NCBI GenBank assembly: GCA_964448095.1
Contig: CAYUUT010000001.1
Location: forward strand, 29,067 to 93,066
Origin: an uncultured Candidatus Saccharibacteria bacterium
Lineage (GTDB): Bacteria > Patescibacteriota > Saccharimonadia > Saccharimonadales > UBA10212
Reading direction: 5' to 3'
DNA length: 64,000 nucleotides
The notes under the pieces were generated by a model that ran no database searches, had not been told where the DNA came from, and worked only from the letters and a program-made list of their open reading frames with translations. Shown here one piece after another: positions 24,812-33,919 of the stretch (position 1 is its first letter; every line of letters starts with the position of its first letter). A program made the position numbers and the translations under genes.

Positions 24812-25531
24812 ATGGGTATTCTGGAGCAGCAGGATAGAGTATCTCGTGAGTGGCGAATTCTAAAGAAAAAAGTCAAAAAAGCTTTACTTTCTAATATCTT
24901 AGTAGTGGCTGCAGTTGGCCTGTTGACGGTAGGAGTAGGCATAAGTTTATCTCATCAGCATGCTAATGAAGTAGCCAACCAGCATGCCGCAACGCTTGTT
25001 TATGAAGTCAATTATGGCGGCAACAACACCGCGCCCAGCGCTATAAAGCCCGCCGCACGCCTAGTAGCTAATTATGTCGTTGCCCCAGCGTTGCCCCGCT
25101 ATTTAATAATCCCAAAACTTAACGTTAACGCGCGGATTTTGTCAGCTGGCGTGAACGCCCAGGGCGCGCTGGAAACACCCGACAATGTCTATGACACGGC
25201 ATGGTACGACCAATCAGCTCAGCCGGGCCAGCTGGGAGCCATGCTAATCAACGGTCATATTTCCAGCTGGACAGCGCATGGTGTATTTTACGGGCTGGGA
25301 TCATTACAACCGGGAGATTCTGTAGATGTTCGGAGTGGAAATGGGGCGATATTCACCTATAAAGTCGTAAAAACCCAAATATACGACGCTGATAATGTCG
25401 ATATGACTACCGCTATGGCATCGGTCAACACCAGTAAACCCGGGCTTAATCTCATCAGCTGCACTGGCGATGTTATCCCAGGCACCAGTGAGTTTAATGA
25501 GCGCATCATCGTCTTCGCCACCCAGGGCTAA
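24812..25531 (+). CDS. sortase-family transpeptidase (membrane anchored)
   Basis: N-terminal TM segment, His in MLINGHISSW, catalytic Cys in LNLISCTGD, and a downstream Arg in NERIIVFA. Confidence 0.8.
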   Translation: MGILEQQDRVSREWRILKKKVKKALLSNILVVAAVGLLTVGVGISLSHQHANEVANQHAATLVYEVNYGGNNTAPSAIKPAARLVANYVVAPALPRYLIIPKLNVNARILSAGVNAQGALETPDNVYDTAWYDQSAQPGQLGAMLINGHISSWTAHGVFYGLGSLQPGDSVDVRSGNGAIFTYKVVKTQIYDADNVDMTTAMASVNTSKPGLNLISCTGDVIPGTSEFNERIIVFATQG

Positions 25532-25611
25532 GGCTTCCTTCGAGTATTCGAATCCCCTCTAAACAAAAATGGTCCGCCAACCTCACCGAAAATGGTGAGC
25601 TTGTCGAACCA

Positions 25612-25697
25612 TGGTGCTGGGTGTAGGATTCGAACCTACGAAGGCAAAAGCCGACAGATTTACAGTCTGTTGTGTTTGACCGCTTCACTAACCCAGC
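25612..25697 (-). tRNA. trnY: tRNA-Tyr (anticodon GTA) with long variable arm, 3' CCA encoded
   Basis: Anticodon arm ACAGA-CTGTAAA-TCTGT, a long variable arm, T arm TAGG-TTCGAAT-CCTA, and acceptor GCTGGGT/ACCCAGC. Confidence 0.9.
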
Positions 25698-25719
25698 GTT
25701 ATCCCAATTGTATCAGTTC

Positions 25720-25796
25720 TGGAGCCGCCTGTCGGACTCGAACCGACGACCTGCTGTTTACAAAACAGCTGCTCTAGCCAGCTGAGCTAAGGCGGC
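25720..25796 (-). tRNA. trnT: tRNA-Thr (anticodon TGT), 3' CCA encoded
   Basis: Acceptor GCCGCCT/AGGCGGC, D arm GCTC-AGCTGGCTA-GAGC, anticodon arm GCTGT-TTTGTAA-ACAGC, and T arm GTCGG-TTCGAGT-CCGAC. Confidence 0.9.
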
Positions 25797-25836
25797 TCAT
25801 CGCAACTTACGCGCTTGCTTCAAATGAACCATAAAA

Positions 25837-25865
25837 AGTTTACCAAAACAGGGGTGAAATAGCAA
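25837..25865 (-). promoter_or_regulatory. candidate promoter for the tRNA-Thr/tRNA-Tyr pair
   Basis: On the minus strand TTGCTA-N17-TAAACT with a TG extension (TGGTAAACT). Confidence 0.35.
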
Positions 25866-25876
25866 TTGCAAGCAGT

Positions 25877-26161
25877 TTAAAGCTTGATGCGGTGACTACT
25901 CAGAAATTCGTGCTGCTTGGGGTATTTTTTTGCATGCCGCTTTTGCAGGCCGGTATGGTACTCAAGAGTAGTGTGCTTGGCACAAGTCCGGTAAGTAGTG
26001 CCTTCTACCCTGTGACGCCCAATTCGCCAACATCGTGACTGATTGCAATTAAACCGTTTATAAAGGCCGATAATCGCCCCTAAAACGGTTATAGAGGTCA
26101 GGTTGGATAGGTTGGATACCCAGAGTGGCTGATTAAAGAATAGCCAGTGCCAAATACCCAT
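25877..26161 (-). CDS. small hypothetical protein: N-terminal TM helix plus a basic Cys/His-rich tail
   Basis: 94-aa ORF containing CNQSRCWRIGRHRVEGTTYRTCAKH. Confidence 0.4.
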   Translation of the reverse strand: MGIWHWLFFNQPLWVSNLSNLTSITVLGAIIGLYKRFNCNQSRCWRIGRHRVEGTTYRTCAKHTTLEYHTGLQKRHAKKYPKQHEFLSSHRIKL

Positions 26162-26170
26162 TTTTTGTTC

Positions 26171-26824
26171 CTAAATCACTACCCGGCGGGGGCGCAGAAT
26201 GCGCTTAGGTTGTCCAACTGGCAGCACCAGCTTGTCTAGGCGACGTTTAATAGCCGTGGCTTCCTGGGTCATGCCGCGGGATTCGTAGGCTTTTTCCAGT
26301 AACAAGAAGGTTTCGGGGTTGGGCTCCAGTTCACTGGCTTTTTCCAGCTCCTGTAACACCAGCTTATCGTTACCCATTTTTTCTTGGACTTTGGCGTAGG
26401 CAATGTGCCGAGCGGCTAAACTGTCCTCAAGCTTTAAGGCCTGCTCAAAAGCGGTACCGGCTTTTTCGTAGTTTTCGGTTTCGTAATAAATCATCCCTAA
26501 GTTGTGCAAGCTGGAGGCGCTGGGCTCAATACTACTGGCAATTTCAAAACAATCTATGGCGTCTTTATATTCACGCTGTTTGGCGTACAAGATACCCAGA
26601 CGATTATAAGCCGCGGCGTTCTTTTCATCGATTTTCAAGATAGTTAGCAGAGCTTTTTCGGCGCGTAACAAGCGGTTTTCGCGCATCCCTAAGTGAGCGA
26701 TTTCCCAGAGTTTATTCAGCCGGTCACCCAGGCGGCGCGGCACAACGGCGATTTCGCGGGCCGAAAAACGCTCGTTGCGATAAACAATCAACGCTAAAAT
26801 AATCAACAGTATGATGGCGTACAT
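26171..26824 (-). CDS. membrane-anchored TPR-repeat protein
   Basis: N-terminal TM helix, then repeated A..Y..LG..Y.....Y..A...F..AL units. Confidence 0.7.
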   Translation of the reverse strand: MYAIILLIILALIVYRNERFSAREIAVVPRRLGDRLNKLWEIAHLGMRENRLLRAEKALLTILKIDEKNAAAYNRLGILYAKQREYKDAIDCFEIASSIEPSASSLHNLGMIYYETENYEKAGTAFEQALKLEDSLAARHIAYAKVQEKMGNDKLVLQELEKASELEPNPETFLLLEKAYESRGMTQEATAIKRRLDKLVLPVGQPKRILRPRRVVI

Positions 26825-26845
26825 ACAGCAACTAGTATAGCAAAC

Positions 26846-27718
26846 CTAGATTTCCAGCTTAAGCGCCAACTCCAGAGCGATTAAGCGCGGCGCCGTATTG
26901 GCGGCCAGCGCTGCTTGCAGTTGGGTGACCAGACGCCTGGATCGCAGCAGCCCGGCCTGGCGGCCGCCTTTGCCGACGGTGGCATTCTGGAGCGCCGCTA
27001 AAACTTTCCCCAGCGCGTCTAGGAACAGATTGAATTGCTCCTTATCCTTGCTCAGCTTGTCCAGCTCGAGCAGGCGCTGGTATTTATCGTGGCGCAGGAA
27101 CTGCTTGGCGCTGTCTACAGACTGTTTTAGGGGGTGTTCTGTTGCGTTTCCTAGCAAAGCATTAAGAAGTCCCCCTCTGCCTTGACTGAGCTGCCAGGCG
27201 TTCTTTATAGCGCTCTGCGGATATTTACCCGCGTAATGCTCCTGGGCTTGGGTCAGAGTTACTGGGTGTAGAGTCAGGCTTTGCGCCCTTGAGGCAATAG
27301 TTGGCAAAACCGAGCGGATTGACGGGACACTTAGGATATAGGCGGTATCGGCAGCCGGCTCTTCCAAGGCCTTTAACAAGGCGCTTTGGGCTTCGCCGCT
27401 AAGGTTATGGGCGTCTTCGATAAAAACTATCCGGCGCACAGCGCCTTTGCCCGGTGTTTTTAGGCGTAATTTATGCAAAACCTGGCGCACATCATCAATT
27501 GGAATGTCACGTTTGTCTTTTGGCCGCGTTAGAGTCAAGAAATAGGGGTGGCTAGTAACATCTTTGCTACCCAGAACCTCTGCAGCCAGATAATGCGCCA
27601 GGGCGGTCTTGCCGCTGCCAGGCAGGCCAACAATCATTAGCGCGTGGGGCGGCTGCTTGATGTATATCCCTGCAGCGACTCTGGTTCGAGCGTTCAGCAG
27701 CAACTGGTTGTCCATCAT
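26846..27718 (-). CDS. holB: DNA polymerase III subunit delta-prime
   Basis: PHALMIVGLPGSGKTALAHYLAAEVLG, VFIEDAHNLSGEAQSALLKALEEP and PTIASR. Confidence 0.8.
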   Translation of the reverse strand: MMDNQLLLNARTRVAAGIYIKQPPHALMIVGLPGSGKTALAHYLAAEVLGSKDVTSHPYFLTLTRPKDKRDIPIDDVRQVLHKLRLKTPGKGAVRRIVFIEDAHNLSGEAQSALLKALEEPAADTAYILSVPSIRSVLPTIASRAQSLTLHPVTLTQAQEHYAGKYPQSAIKNAWQLSQGRGGLLNALLGNATEHPLKQSVDSAKQFLRHDKYQRLLELDKLSKDKEQFNLFLDALGKVLAALQNATVGKGGRQAGLLRSRRLVTQLQAALAANTAPRLIALELALKLEI

Positions 27719-28590
27719 TTAGCCCAAAATTCTTTGAAGCGGGCGGGCAGCGGCGCCTCAAAGACTTTGCGCTGCCCGCCCGGCAAGGTTATTTCCAAAC
27801 TCTTGGCGTGCAATAACATTGGGCCGTCATCGTGACCGTAGACATGATCGCCGACAATCGGGTGGCCAAGGTATGTCAAGTGTATGCGTAACTGATGGGT
27901 ACGGCCGGTAACCGGCTTTAATTCCAGCTCAGTATAGGAACGGTTCTTCTTATCAATCGATTTAATCACTTTGTAACGGGTTTGGGCCGGCTTACCTTCT
28001 TTATCAACTCTAAAAGTCTGCGGTCTTTTAGGATTGCGGCCAATCGGCGCGTCGATAATTGCTTCCGGCTGCTTTGGCGTGCCTTCTACCACGGCGATAT
28101 AGGTCTTAGCAGTTTTGCGGTTGGCAAACTGTTTTTGCAGATATTTGAGGGCGTCCTCGGTCTTGGCGCCAATAATCACACCACTGGTTGGCCGGTCCAG
28201 CCGGTGCACAATTCCGGCCCTATTGCCGGTCAATTTATCATCTGTTATTTTGCCATGCAGAAAACTGGCGACTGTGGCTTCGGAATTGAGCGCACCTTTA
28301 CTATGAGTCAGAGCGCCAGTTGGTTTATCGATAACCACCACACTGTCGTCTTCATATATTATCGGCAATTCAATCGCCTCTGGAGCCTGCCTGAGTAAAG
28401 TTTCATCGACTCGTATCTGATCGTTGAGTTTAAGTTTGTGGCTAGCTTTGATAACTTTCCCGTCCATTGTGACCATATTCTTATCAAAGAGGTTTTCTAG
28501 AGATGAACGGCTGAACTCAGGGTGTTTAGCGGCCACGAATACGTCCGCTCTCTGCCCCAGTTCAGCAGAACCGACTCTAAATATCGCCAT
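27715..28590 (-). CDS. rluD: RluA-family 23S rRNA pseudouridine synthase (RluD-like, with S4 domain)
   Basis: N-terminal S4-like domain, the catalytic HRLDRPTSGVII motif, and GRTHQLRIHL. Confidence 0.8.
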   Translation of the reverse strand: MAIFRVGSAELGQRADVFVAAKHPEFSRSSLENLFDKNMVTMDGKVIKASHKLKLNDQIRVDETLLRQAPEAIELPIIYEDDSVVVIDKPTGALTHSKGALNSEATVASFLHGKITDDKLTGNRAGIVHRLDRPTSGVIIGAKTEDALKYLQKQFANRKTAKTYIAVVEGTPKQPEAIIDAPIGRNPKRPQTFRVDKEGKPAQTRYKVIKSIDKKNRSYTELELKPVTGRTHQLRIHLTYLGHPIVGDHVYGHDDGPMLLHAKSLEITLPGGQRKVFEAPLPARFKEFWAK

Positions 28591-28593
28591 GGT

Positions 28594-29622
28594 TTAAGCG
28601 GGTCTCAGGCCGACGGCTTTTTGGACTTTTAGAAGCGTAGCGTTGGCGACTTCGTTCATCTTGGATTCGTCAGCTTCCAGTTTGGACATTAACTTATCCG
28701 AATCGACTTGCGATAATTTACCCTGGAAATCGGTCAAGAAGTTCTTTACGTCAGTAGCAACTTGTTGTTTTAAGAAAGCGTAACCTTGAGTATCACCCTC
28801 CGGCAAATTCATGTTACCGGTGAGTAGCGCTTTTATTAGCATCAGATTGGTTACGCCTGGCTGTTCTTCTCGCTCCTCTGCGTTGCCCGGTAGGCGATTG
28901 TAGCTGTCGGTTGTGGCAGACATAATTTTCTTGGCGGCATCATCCGGGCTATCACTGAGCATAATTGTGCCAGCTGGGTCCTCTACGGATTTACTCATTT
29001 TCTTTTCCGGGTTGCGCAGGCTGCGGATGCGGATTGGTTCGCTGCGGCCAGCAAATTCAGTCTGCTTGGCATTATCTTCTGGTAGTACAAACAGCTCGCT
29101 GAACTTATTGTTCATCCTGATAGCCAAATCGCGGGTAAACTCCACGTGCTGACGCTGGTCTTCGCCCACCGGCACCCATTTAGCGCCATAAAGTAAGATA
29201 TCCGCAGCCATCAAAACAGGGTAGTTGAACAGTCCGACACTGACGTTGGAGTCATCGCGACTGCTCTTGTCTTTAAATTCCGTCATTCGTGATAGCTCGC
29301 CGGAGTAGGCGAAACAGTCCAGAATCCAGGTTAGCTCGGAGTGAGCTGGGACGTAGCTTTGGCGATATATATAGGTGTCGGGGTTGTCGATGTCCAAACC
29401 GGCGGCCACAAAGACCTTAAGATTGGCCAAGGACTGCTCATACAAATTTCCGTGGTCTATCGGCGTGGTAAAGCTGTGCAAATCCGGCACGAACATGTTC
29501 ATTTGGTACTCGCCGGCGTGCTTTTTTTGCAGTTCCACCATCGGTAAAATCGCACCCAGATAATTGCCCAAGTGAAACTCGGCATTAGACCGCAGCCCAG
29601 TTAAAATAACCTCTTTATTCAT
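28594..29622 (-). CDS. trpS: tryptophan--tRNA ligase
   Basis: GLRSNAEFHLGNYLGA (HIGH-type), KMSKS, and a size of 342 aa. Confidence 0.9.
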   Translation of the reverse strand: MNKEVILTGLRSNAEFHLGNYLGAILPMVELQKKHAGEYQMNMFVPDLHSFTTPIDHGNLYEQSLANLKVFVAAGLDIDNPDTYIYRQSYVPAHSELTWILDCFAYSGELSRMTEFKDKSSRDDSNVSVGLFNYPVLMAADILLYGAKWVPVGEDQRQHVEFTRDLAIRMNNKFSELFVLPEDNAKQTEFAGRSEPIRIRSLRNPEKKMSKSVEDPAGTIMLSDSPDDAAKKIMSATTDSYNRLPGNAEEREEQPGVTNLMLIKALLTGNMNLPEGDTQGYAFLKQQVATDVKNFLTDFQGKLSQVDSDKLMSKLEADESKMNEVANATLLKVQKAVGLRPA

Positions 29623-29635
29623 TACCTAAAGTATA

Positions 29636-29950
29636 TCAAGCTTGCTGACTTTTTACGCTCAGATACTTCCGGCGAACCTCTTGACCGAAGGCTGTGGGCA
29701 GCACATCTTGGCCAAGCTGACGCATCCTTTCCACATCCTCTAGGTCGTAAGTTCCGGTCATCTCTATGCCCATTGATACTGATTGCTCTTCGACGCCAAT
29801 GAGTTGATGCCCGTCAAAGTGCAAAGCATGCAAAACTTCGGACGGTGAGCGGTGATCGTCCAGATCCAGTTCTATCTGATTGACCGCTAGAAGCCTCAAG
29901 GCATCCGCATCCGTTATTTCTGGTTTTCGAACCTCTTCTAAGCTGCTCAT
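29636..29950 (-). CDS. small acidic hypothetical protein
   Basis: The start is moved to the ATG at 29950 (AAAGGGA SD upstream), because the tracked N-terminus runs through the rpsI terminator hairpin. Confidence 0.4.
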   Translation of the reverse strand: MSSLEEVRKPEITDADALRLLAVNQIELDLDDHRSPSEVLHALHFDGHQLIGVEEQSVSMGIEMTGTYDLEDVERMRQLGQDVLPTAFGQEVRRKYLSVKSQQA

Positions 29951-29971
29951 TTTTCCCTTTCGCGTTAATTT

Positions 29972-29995
29972 AAAAAACCGCCCTGGTGGCGGTTT
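29972..29995 (-). terminator. rho-independent terminator downstream of rpsI
   Basis: On the minus strand AACCGCC-ACCAG-GGCGGTT is followed by UUUUUU. Confidence 0.6.
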
Positions 29996-30110
29996 CTTCA
30001 GTATTCTCGATTTCTTATTTATAAGCGCACAGAACAAACCGCCACAGAAGTGTCGCTAAACCAATAAAAGGCGGTTTGTAACTTAGTCATAGAAGATATT
30101 CTAGCAAAGG

Positions 30111-30512
30111 CTAGCGTTTTGTAAACTGCCGTTTCTTGCGGGCGGAGCGTAAGCCGAATTTCTTGCGTTCTTTTTCGCGGGGATCGCGGCCGAGAAGTTC
30201 GGCTTTGCGTAAAGTCCCGCGGTAATCTTCATTCATTTCTACTAAAGCCTTAGCAACACCTAGGCGAATGGCATCTACCTGGCTGGCGTGGCCGCCGCCG
30301 GCGACTTTGGCGGTTATTACGTATTTTTCGGGGTCAAGCTCTAGCGCGGTGAAGGGCTTAAGCAGTTCGCTTTGGTACTGTTTGCTGTCGTCAAAATAGC
30401 CGGTAGCATCTTGGTCGTTAATCTTGAAGCTGCCTTTGCCGCTCTGGACGCGCACCCGGGCAGTGGCGCTTTTGCGGCGGCCCAGGGCGTAAAAATAGGT
30501 ATCTTTGGCCAT
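30111..30512 (-). CDS. rpsI: 30S ribosomal protein uS9
   Basis: YYALGRRKSATARVRV ... GGGHASQVDAIRLGVAKAL ... KKRQFTKR. Confidence 0.95.
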   Translation of the reverse strand: MAKDTYFYALGRRKSATARVRVQSGKGSFKINDQDATGYFDDSKQYQSELLKPFTALELDPEKYVITAKVAGGGHASQVDAIRLGVAKALVEMNEDYRGTLRKAELLGRDPREKERKKFGLRSARKKRQFTKR

Positions 30513-30514
30513 AG

Positions 30515-30955
30515 TTATTTTTTACCTTTCATTGGGAATTCTAGCGGTTTTTGGGCGCCGTGATTATGTTGGTCGCCAGCGTAAATCTTAAGCCGTTTTA
30601 GGCGGCCATCCCGCAGCTTATTAACTGGCAGCATACCGCGGATGGCATGCTGTAATACGGCTGTGGGGTTCAACTTCATCGATTCGGCAGCGGTACGGGC
30701 TTTGATGCCGCCCGGGAAACCGCTGTGGCGATAATAAACCTTACCCTCCATCTTGTTACGGGTTAGTACGGTGTTCTCGGCATTGATAATAATCACAAAG
30801 TCGCCGCCGTCCACGTGAGCCGTAACACTGGGTTTGCCTTTGCCGATTAGCAGACCGGCGGCCACAGTGGCTACCCGGCCGGCCGGCGCTTGGCTGGCGT
30901 CAATTACGTACCATTTGCGCTCTACAGCGGCCGGTTTTTGGCTAAAAGTCTTCAC
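30515..30955 (-). CDS. rplM: 50S ribosomal protein uL13
   Basis: RKWYVIDASQAPAGRVATVAA..LIGKGKP ... YYRHSGFPGG. Confidence 0.95.
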   Translation of the reverse strand: MKTFSQKPAAVERKWYVIDASQAPAGRVATVAAGLLIGKGKPSVTAHVDGGDFVIIINAENTVLTRNKMEGKVYYRHSGFPGGIKARTAAESMKLNPTAVLQHAIRGMLPVNKLRDGRLKRLKIYAGDQHNHGAQKPLEFPMKGKK

Positions 30956-31422
30956 TATTTCTTCTCCGTCTTTTTGGCGGCGGCCTTTTTGGCCGGGGCT
31001 TTCTTGGTTTTAGCCGGCTCGGCCTTTGCAGCTGGTTTAGCAACGACCTTAGCTTTAGCCTTCAAATCGTCAACAAAGCTAACAGTGGCCATTTGGGTAC
31101 CGTCACCACGGCGCAGAGCTGTCCGCTTAACGCGCAGATAGCCGCTGTTGCGGCCAGCAAGCTTGGGCGCTAGCTCGTCAATCAGCTTATTGGCGGCTTC
31201 TTTAGTGGCCATTTTGGAAATTACCTGCCGGCGGTTGTGCAAATCGCCAATTTTAGCCTTAGTAATCAGCTTTTCGGTGTAGGGCACGATTTCTTTGGCT
31301 TTGGTAAAGGTTGTTTCGATGGATTCCTGCAGCACCAAAGCATCGGCTAGACCCTTCATCAGGGCCCGGCGCTGGTCGCGCTCGCGTCCGAATTTAGCTC
31401 CTTTGTATCCGTGCCGATGCAT
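30955..31422 (-). CDS. rplQ: 50S ribosomal protein bL17 with a Lys/Ala-rich C-terminal tail
   Basis: MHRHGYKGAKFGRERDQRRALMKGLA ... GYLRVKRTALRRGDG. The tail is KAKAKVVAKPAAKAEPAKTKKAPAKKAAAKKTEKK. Confidence 0.95.
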   Translation of the reverse strand: MHRHGYKGAKFGRERDQRRALMKGLADALVLQESIETTFTKAKEIVPYTEKLITKAKIGDLHNRRQVISKMATKEAANKLIDELAPKLAGRNSGYLRVKRTALRRGDGTQMATVSFVDDLKAKAKVVAKPAAKAEPAKTKKAPAKKAAAKKTEKK

Positions 31423-31433
31423 GATTTATCCTC

Positions 31434-32384
31434 TTAAAGCTCCAGCTCGGCCATTTTTTCTTTGACTTCGTCCAAAGCTTTGTTGCCAAAGCCCTTCAAA
31501 TCGCGCAGTTCGGCCTCGGACAGGCTCAACAGGTCTTTGATAGTATGAATATCGTTATTGACCAGCGCGTTGGTGGTGCGGGCGCTAAGGTTCAAGTCTT
31601 CGATGGAGGTCATTAGCTCGGCCGGCTCATCGCCGTCCTCGCCCAGGCCGCCGTCTTCAATGCTACCGGCGGTCAGCGGCGCGGCAACTTCCACGCGGGT
31701 TTGACCGGCCAAAGCGGTGTATTGGTTTATCAAAATAGCGGCGGCTTCTTCAAAAGCGTCGCGCGGAGTGATAGAACCATCGGTGTCAACCGTCAGAAGC
31801 AGCTTGTCCAGGTTAGTGACTTGGCCAACGCGGGTGTTTTCGACCTTGTAGCGGACACGTACAACCGGGCTAAACAGAGCGTCCAGCATAATCATATCGC
31901 TGAGCTTTTTGGCGCTGGCTTGTTCGTCCAAAGGACGGTAGCCGCGGCCAGTCTCAACAACCAGTTCCATAGTTAGGCTGGATTTGTCGTCGTCGATAGT
32001 GGCAATCACGTGGTCAGGGTTAACAATCTCTACGTCTGCATTGGTCTCGATGTCTTTGGCCTTAACCAAGCCTTTGCCTTTTTTGCTTAGACGTAAGGTC
32101 TGCGGCTCATCGCTGAAAACGCGGAAGCGCACCCCTTTTAGGTTTAGCATGATGGCAACTACGTCTTCTCTAACACCTTTAACGGTGGTGAATTCGTGGC
32201 TAACGCCGTCAATGCGGAATGCTGTTACGGCCGCACCGCTGATGCTGGATAGCAGCACCCGGCGCAAGCTGTTGCCCAGGGTCATTCCATAGCCGGTGTG
32301 CAGTGGTTCGATAGTAAAAGTAGCGCTGGTCGGACCGTGGTCGACGATCTGGCCGAGTGCCGGGGTGTGAATTAGTTTGCTCAT
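31434..32384 (-). CDS. rpoA: DNA-directed RNA polymerase subunit alpha
   Basis: GNSLRRVLLSSISGAAVTAFRIDGVSHEF, with the C-terminal domain NLSARTTNALVNNDIHTIKDL. The start is moved to the ATG at 32384, preceded by GAAGGAGA. Confidence 0.95.
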   Translation of the reverse strand: MSKLIHTPALGQIVDHGPTSATFTIEPLHTGYGMTLGNSLRRVLLSSISGAAVTAFRIDGVSHEFTTVKGVREDVVAIMLNLKGVRFRVFSDEPQTLRLSKKGKGLVKAKDIETNADVEIVNPDHVIATIDDDKSSLTMELVVETGRGYRPLDEQASAKKLSDMIMLDALFSPVVRVRYKVENTRVGQVTNLDKLLLTVDTDGSITPRDAFEEAAAILINQYTALAGQTRVEVAAPLTAGSIEDGGLGEDGDEPAELMTSIEDLNLSARTTNALVNNDIHTIKDLLSLSEAELRDLKGFGNKALDEVKEKMAELEL

Positions 32385-32406
32385 AAATAAGTCTCCTTCT
32401 TTAGCC

Positions 32407-33024
32407 TTAGCGTGAGTAATACTCAATGATTAGTTGTTCTTTAAGATCCGGTTCAGCATCGTCGCGGGTTGGCAAGCCTGTTACTTCCACGCTGAATTTC
32501 TTACGGTTAACTTTAAGCCAAGCCGGAACCTCGGCTGGCGCCGGGCTGGTATCTTCCAGGCGTTTGAAATAGTCAGAACTGTGGCTTTTGCTGCGGGCCA
32601 CGATAACATCGCCAGCTTTTACCCGGATTGATGGGATATCCACGCGACGGTCATTGAACATAAAGTGGCCGTGGGTGACCAGTTGGCGCGCAGCCCGGCG
32701 CGATGGCGCCAAGCCGGCACGGTAAATAACGTTGTCCAGGCGGCGCTCCAAAAACTGCAGCAAGGCCGCGCCGGATTCACCTGGTGTACGGTTTGCTTCA
32801 TCCATTAGTTTGGCGAATTGCCGCTCCAGCAGACCGTAAAGCCGCTTGACCTTCTGTTTTTCGCGCAGCTGCAAGCTATACTGGCTGGCTTTGCCGCGCG
32901 AGCGGTAGTTAGGCGCCTGGCCGGGCATAGAAGTACGCTTAACCAGGGCTTTGTGGGCCTTGGGGTGCAAGGCATAGCCTTCGCGGCGACTCATTTTTAC
33001 GATAGATTGGGTGTCTCTGGCCAT
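32407..33024 (-). CDS. rpsD: 30S ribosomal protein uS4
   Basis: SQYSLQLREKQKVKRLYGLLERQF ... the S4 domain RLDNVIYRAGLAPSRRAARQLVTHGH. Confidence 0.95.
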   Translation of the reverse strand: MARDTQSIVKMSRREGYALHPKAHKALVKRTSMPGQAPNYRSRGKASQYSLQLREKQKVKRLYGLLERQFAKLMDEANRTPGESGAALLQFLERRLDNVIYRAGLAPSRRAARQLVTHGHFMFNDRRVDIPSIRVKAGDVIVARSKSHSSDYFKRLEDTSPAPAEVPAWLKVNRKKFSVEVTGLPTRDDAEPDLKEQLIIEYYSR

Positions 33025-33026
33025 GT

Positions 33027-33521
33027 CTAGTTCCTCTTAGCCTTTCGTGGGCGGACGCCGCCGTGGGCGGTGCCGGTAATATCTTTAACGCTGTCCACCT
33101 GGATTTTCTGGTTGATTAGGCTGCGGATGGCGGCCTCACGGCCCAAACCAATGCCTTTAACCTGAATGTCTACTCTGGATAAACCGAAGTTATTACGGGC
33201 TTCGGTAATAGCTTTCTCGGCAGCGACCTGGGCGGCGTAAGCTGTGCCCTTTTTGGAGCCACGGAAGCCAGAAGCGCCGGCGCTGGCATTAGTCAAAACA
33301 TTGCCTTTGGTATCAGTAATAGTGATGATGGTGTTATTAAAAGTCGCCAGCACGTGGATTTGGCCCTCTGGTACGGCACGCTTTTTGGACTTCTTACGCT
33401 TAACAACCGGCGCATCAGCGGCCAGAACTTCGCCTTCGGTAGTAGCCGCGGCGTCAGTAGCATCGGCCGGGATATTCTCGGTTGCGACTTCAGCTTTTTT
33501 TACTTCTTCTTCTTTAGCCAT
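33027..33521 (-). CDS. rpsK: 30S ribosomal protein uS11 with an acidic/Ala-rich N-terminal extension
   Basis: IHVLATFNNTIITITDTKGN ... GFRGSKKGTAYAAQ. Confidence 0.95.
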   Translation of the reverse strand: MAKEEEVKKAEVATENIPADATDAAATTEGEVLAADAPVVKRKKSKKRAVPEGQIHVLATFNNTIITITDTKGNVLTNASAGASGFRGSKKGTAYAAQVAAEKAITEARNNFGLSRVDIQVKGIGLGREAAIRSLINQKIQVDSVKDITGTAHGGVRPRKAKRN

Positions 33522-33529
33522 AATTATCC

Positions 33530-33916
33530 TTAAGTCTTGCTTGGCGCTTTCCTGGCGGTGCCGCCAACTGTCATCTTCTTGCCCCGGCGGGTGCGGGCAT
33601 TAGTGCGAGTACGCTGGCCACGGCTGGGCAGGTTGGCTTTGTGGCGCAGACCTCGGTAAGCATTAATGTCGGTGAGGCGCTTGATATTACCGGTAACTAC
33701 GCGCTGCAGCTCGCCTTCAACGGTGTAATCAGCGTTAATAACGTCTTGCATGCGGCTGATTTCGGCGTCGGTCAGGTCTTTAACCCGTACGGTTGGTTCA
33801 ACTTTGGCGTTCTTTAGAATTTCCTCGCTGAACTTAGGACCAATCCCATAGATGTAAGTCAGCGCAATCTGCACTTGCTTGTTATCGGGGATAGTGACAC
33901 CGGAAAGTCGAGCCAT
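33530..33916 (-). CDS. rpsM: 30S ribosomal protein uS13
   Basis: MARLSGVTIPDNKQVQIALTYIYGIG. Confidence 0.95.
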   Translation of the reverse strand: MARLSGVTIPDNKQVQIALTYIYGIGPKFSEEILKNAKVEPTVRVKDLTDAEISRMQDVINADYTVEGELQRVVTGNIKRLTDINAYRGLRHKANLPSRGQRTRTNARTRRGKKMTVGGTARKAPSKT

Positions 33917-33919
33917 AGG

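Noticed and set aside
30038-30110. Long-loop pairing AAACCGCC...GGCGGTTT just downstream of rpsI, considered as the rpsI terminator
   Set aside because: The loop is about 27 nt and no U-run follows. The compact hairpin with UUUUUU at 29972-29995 is the more credible terminator.
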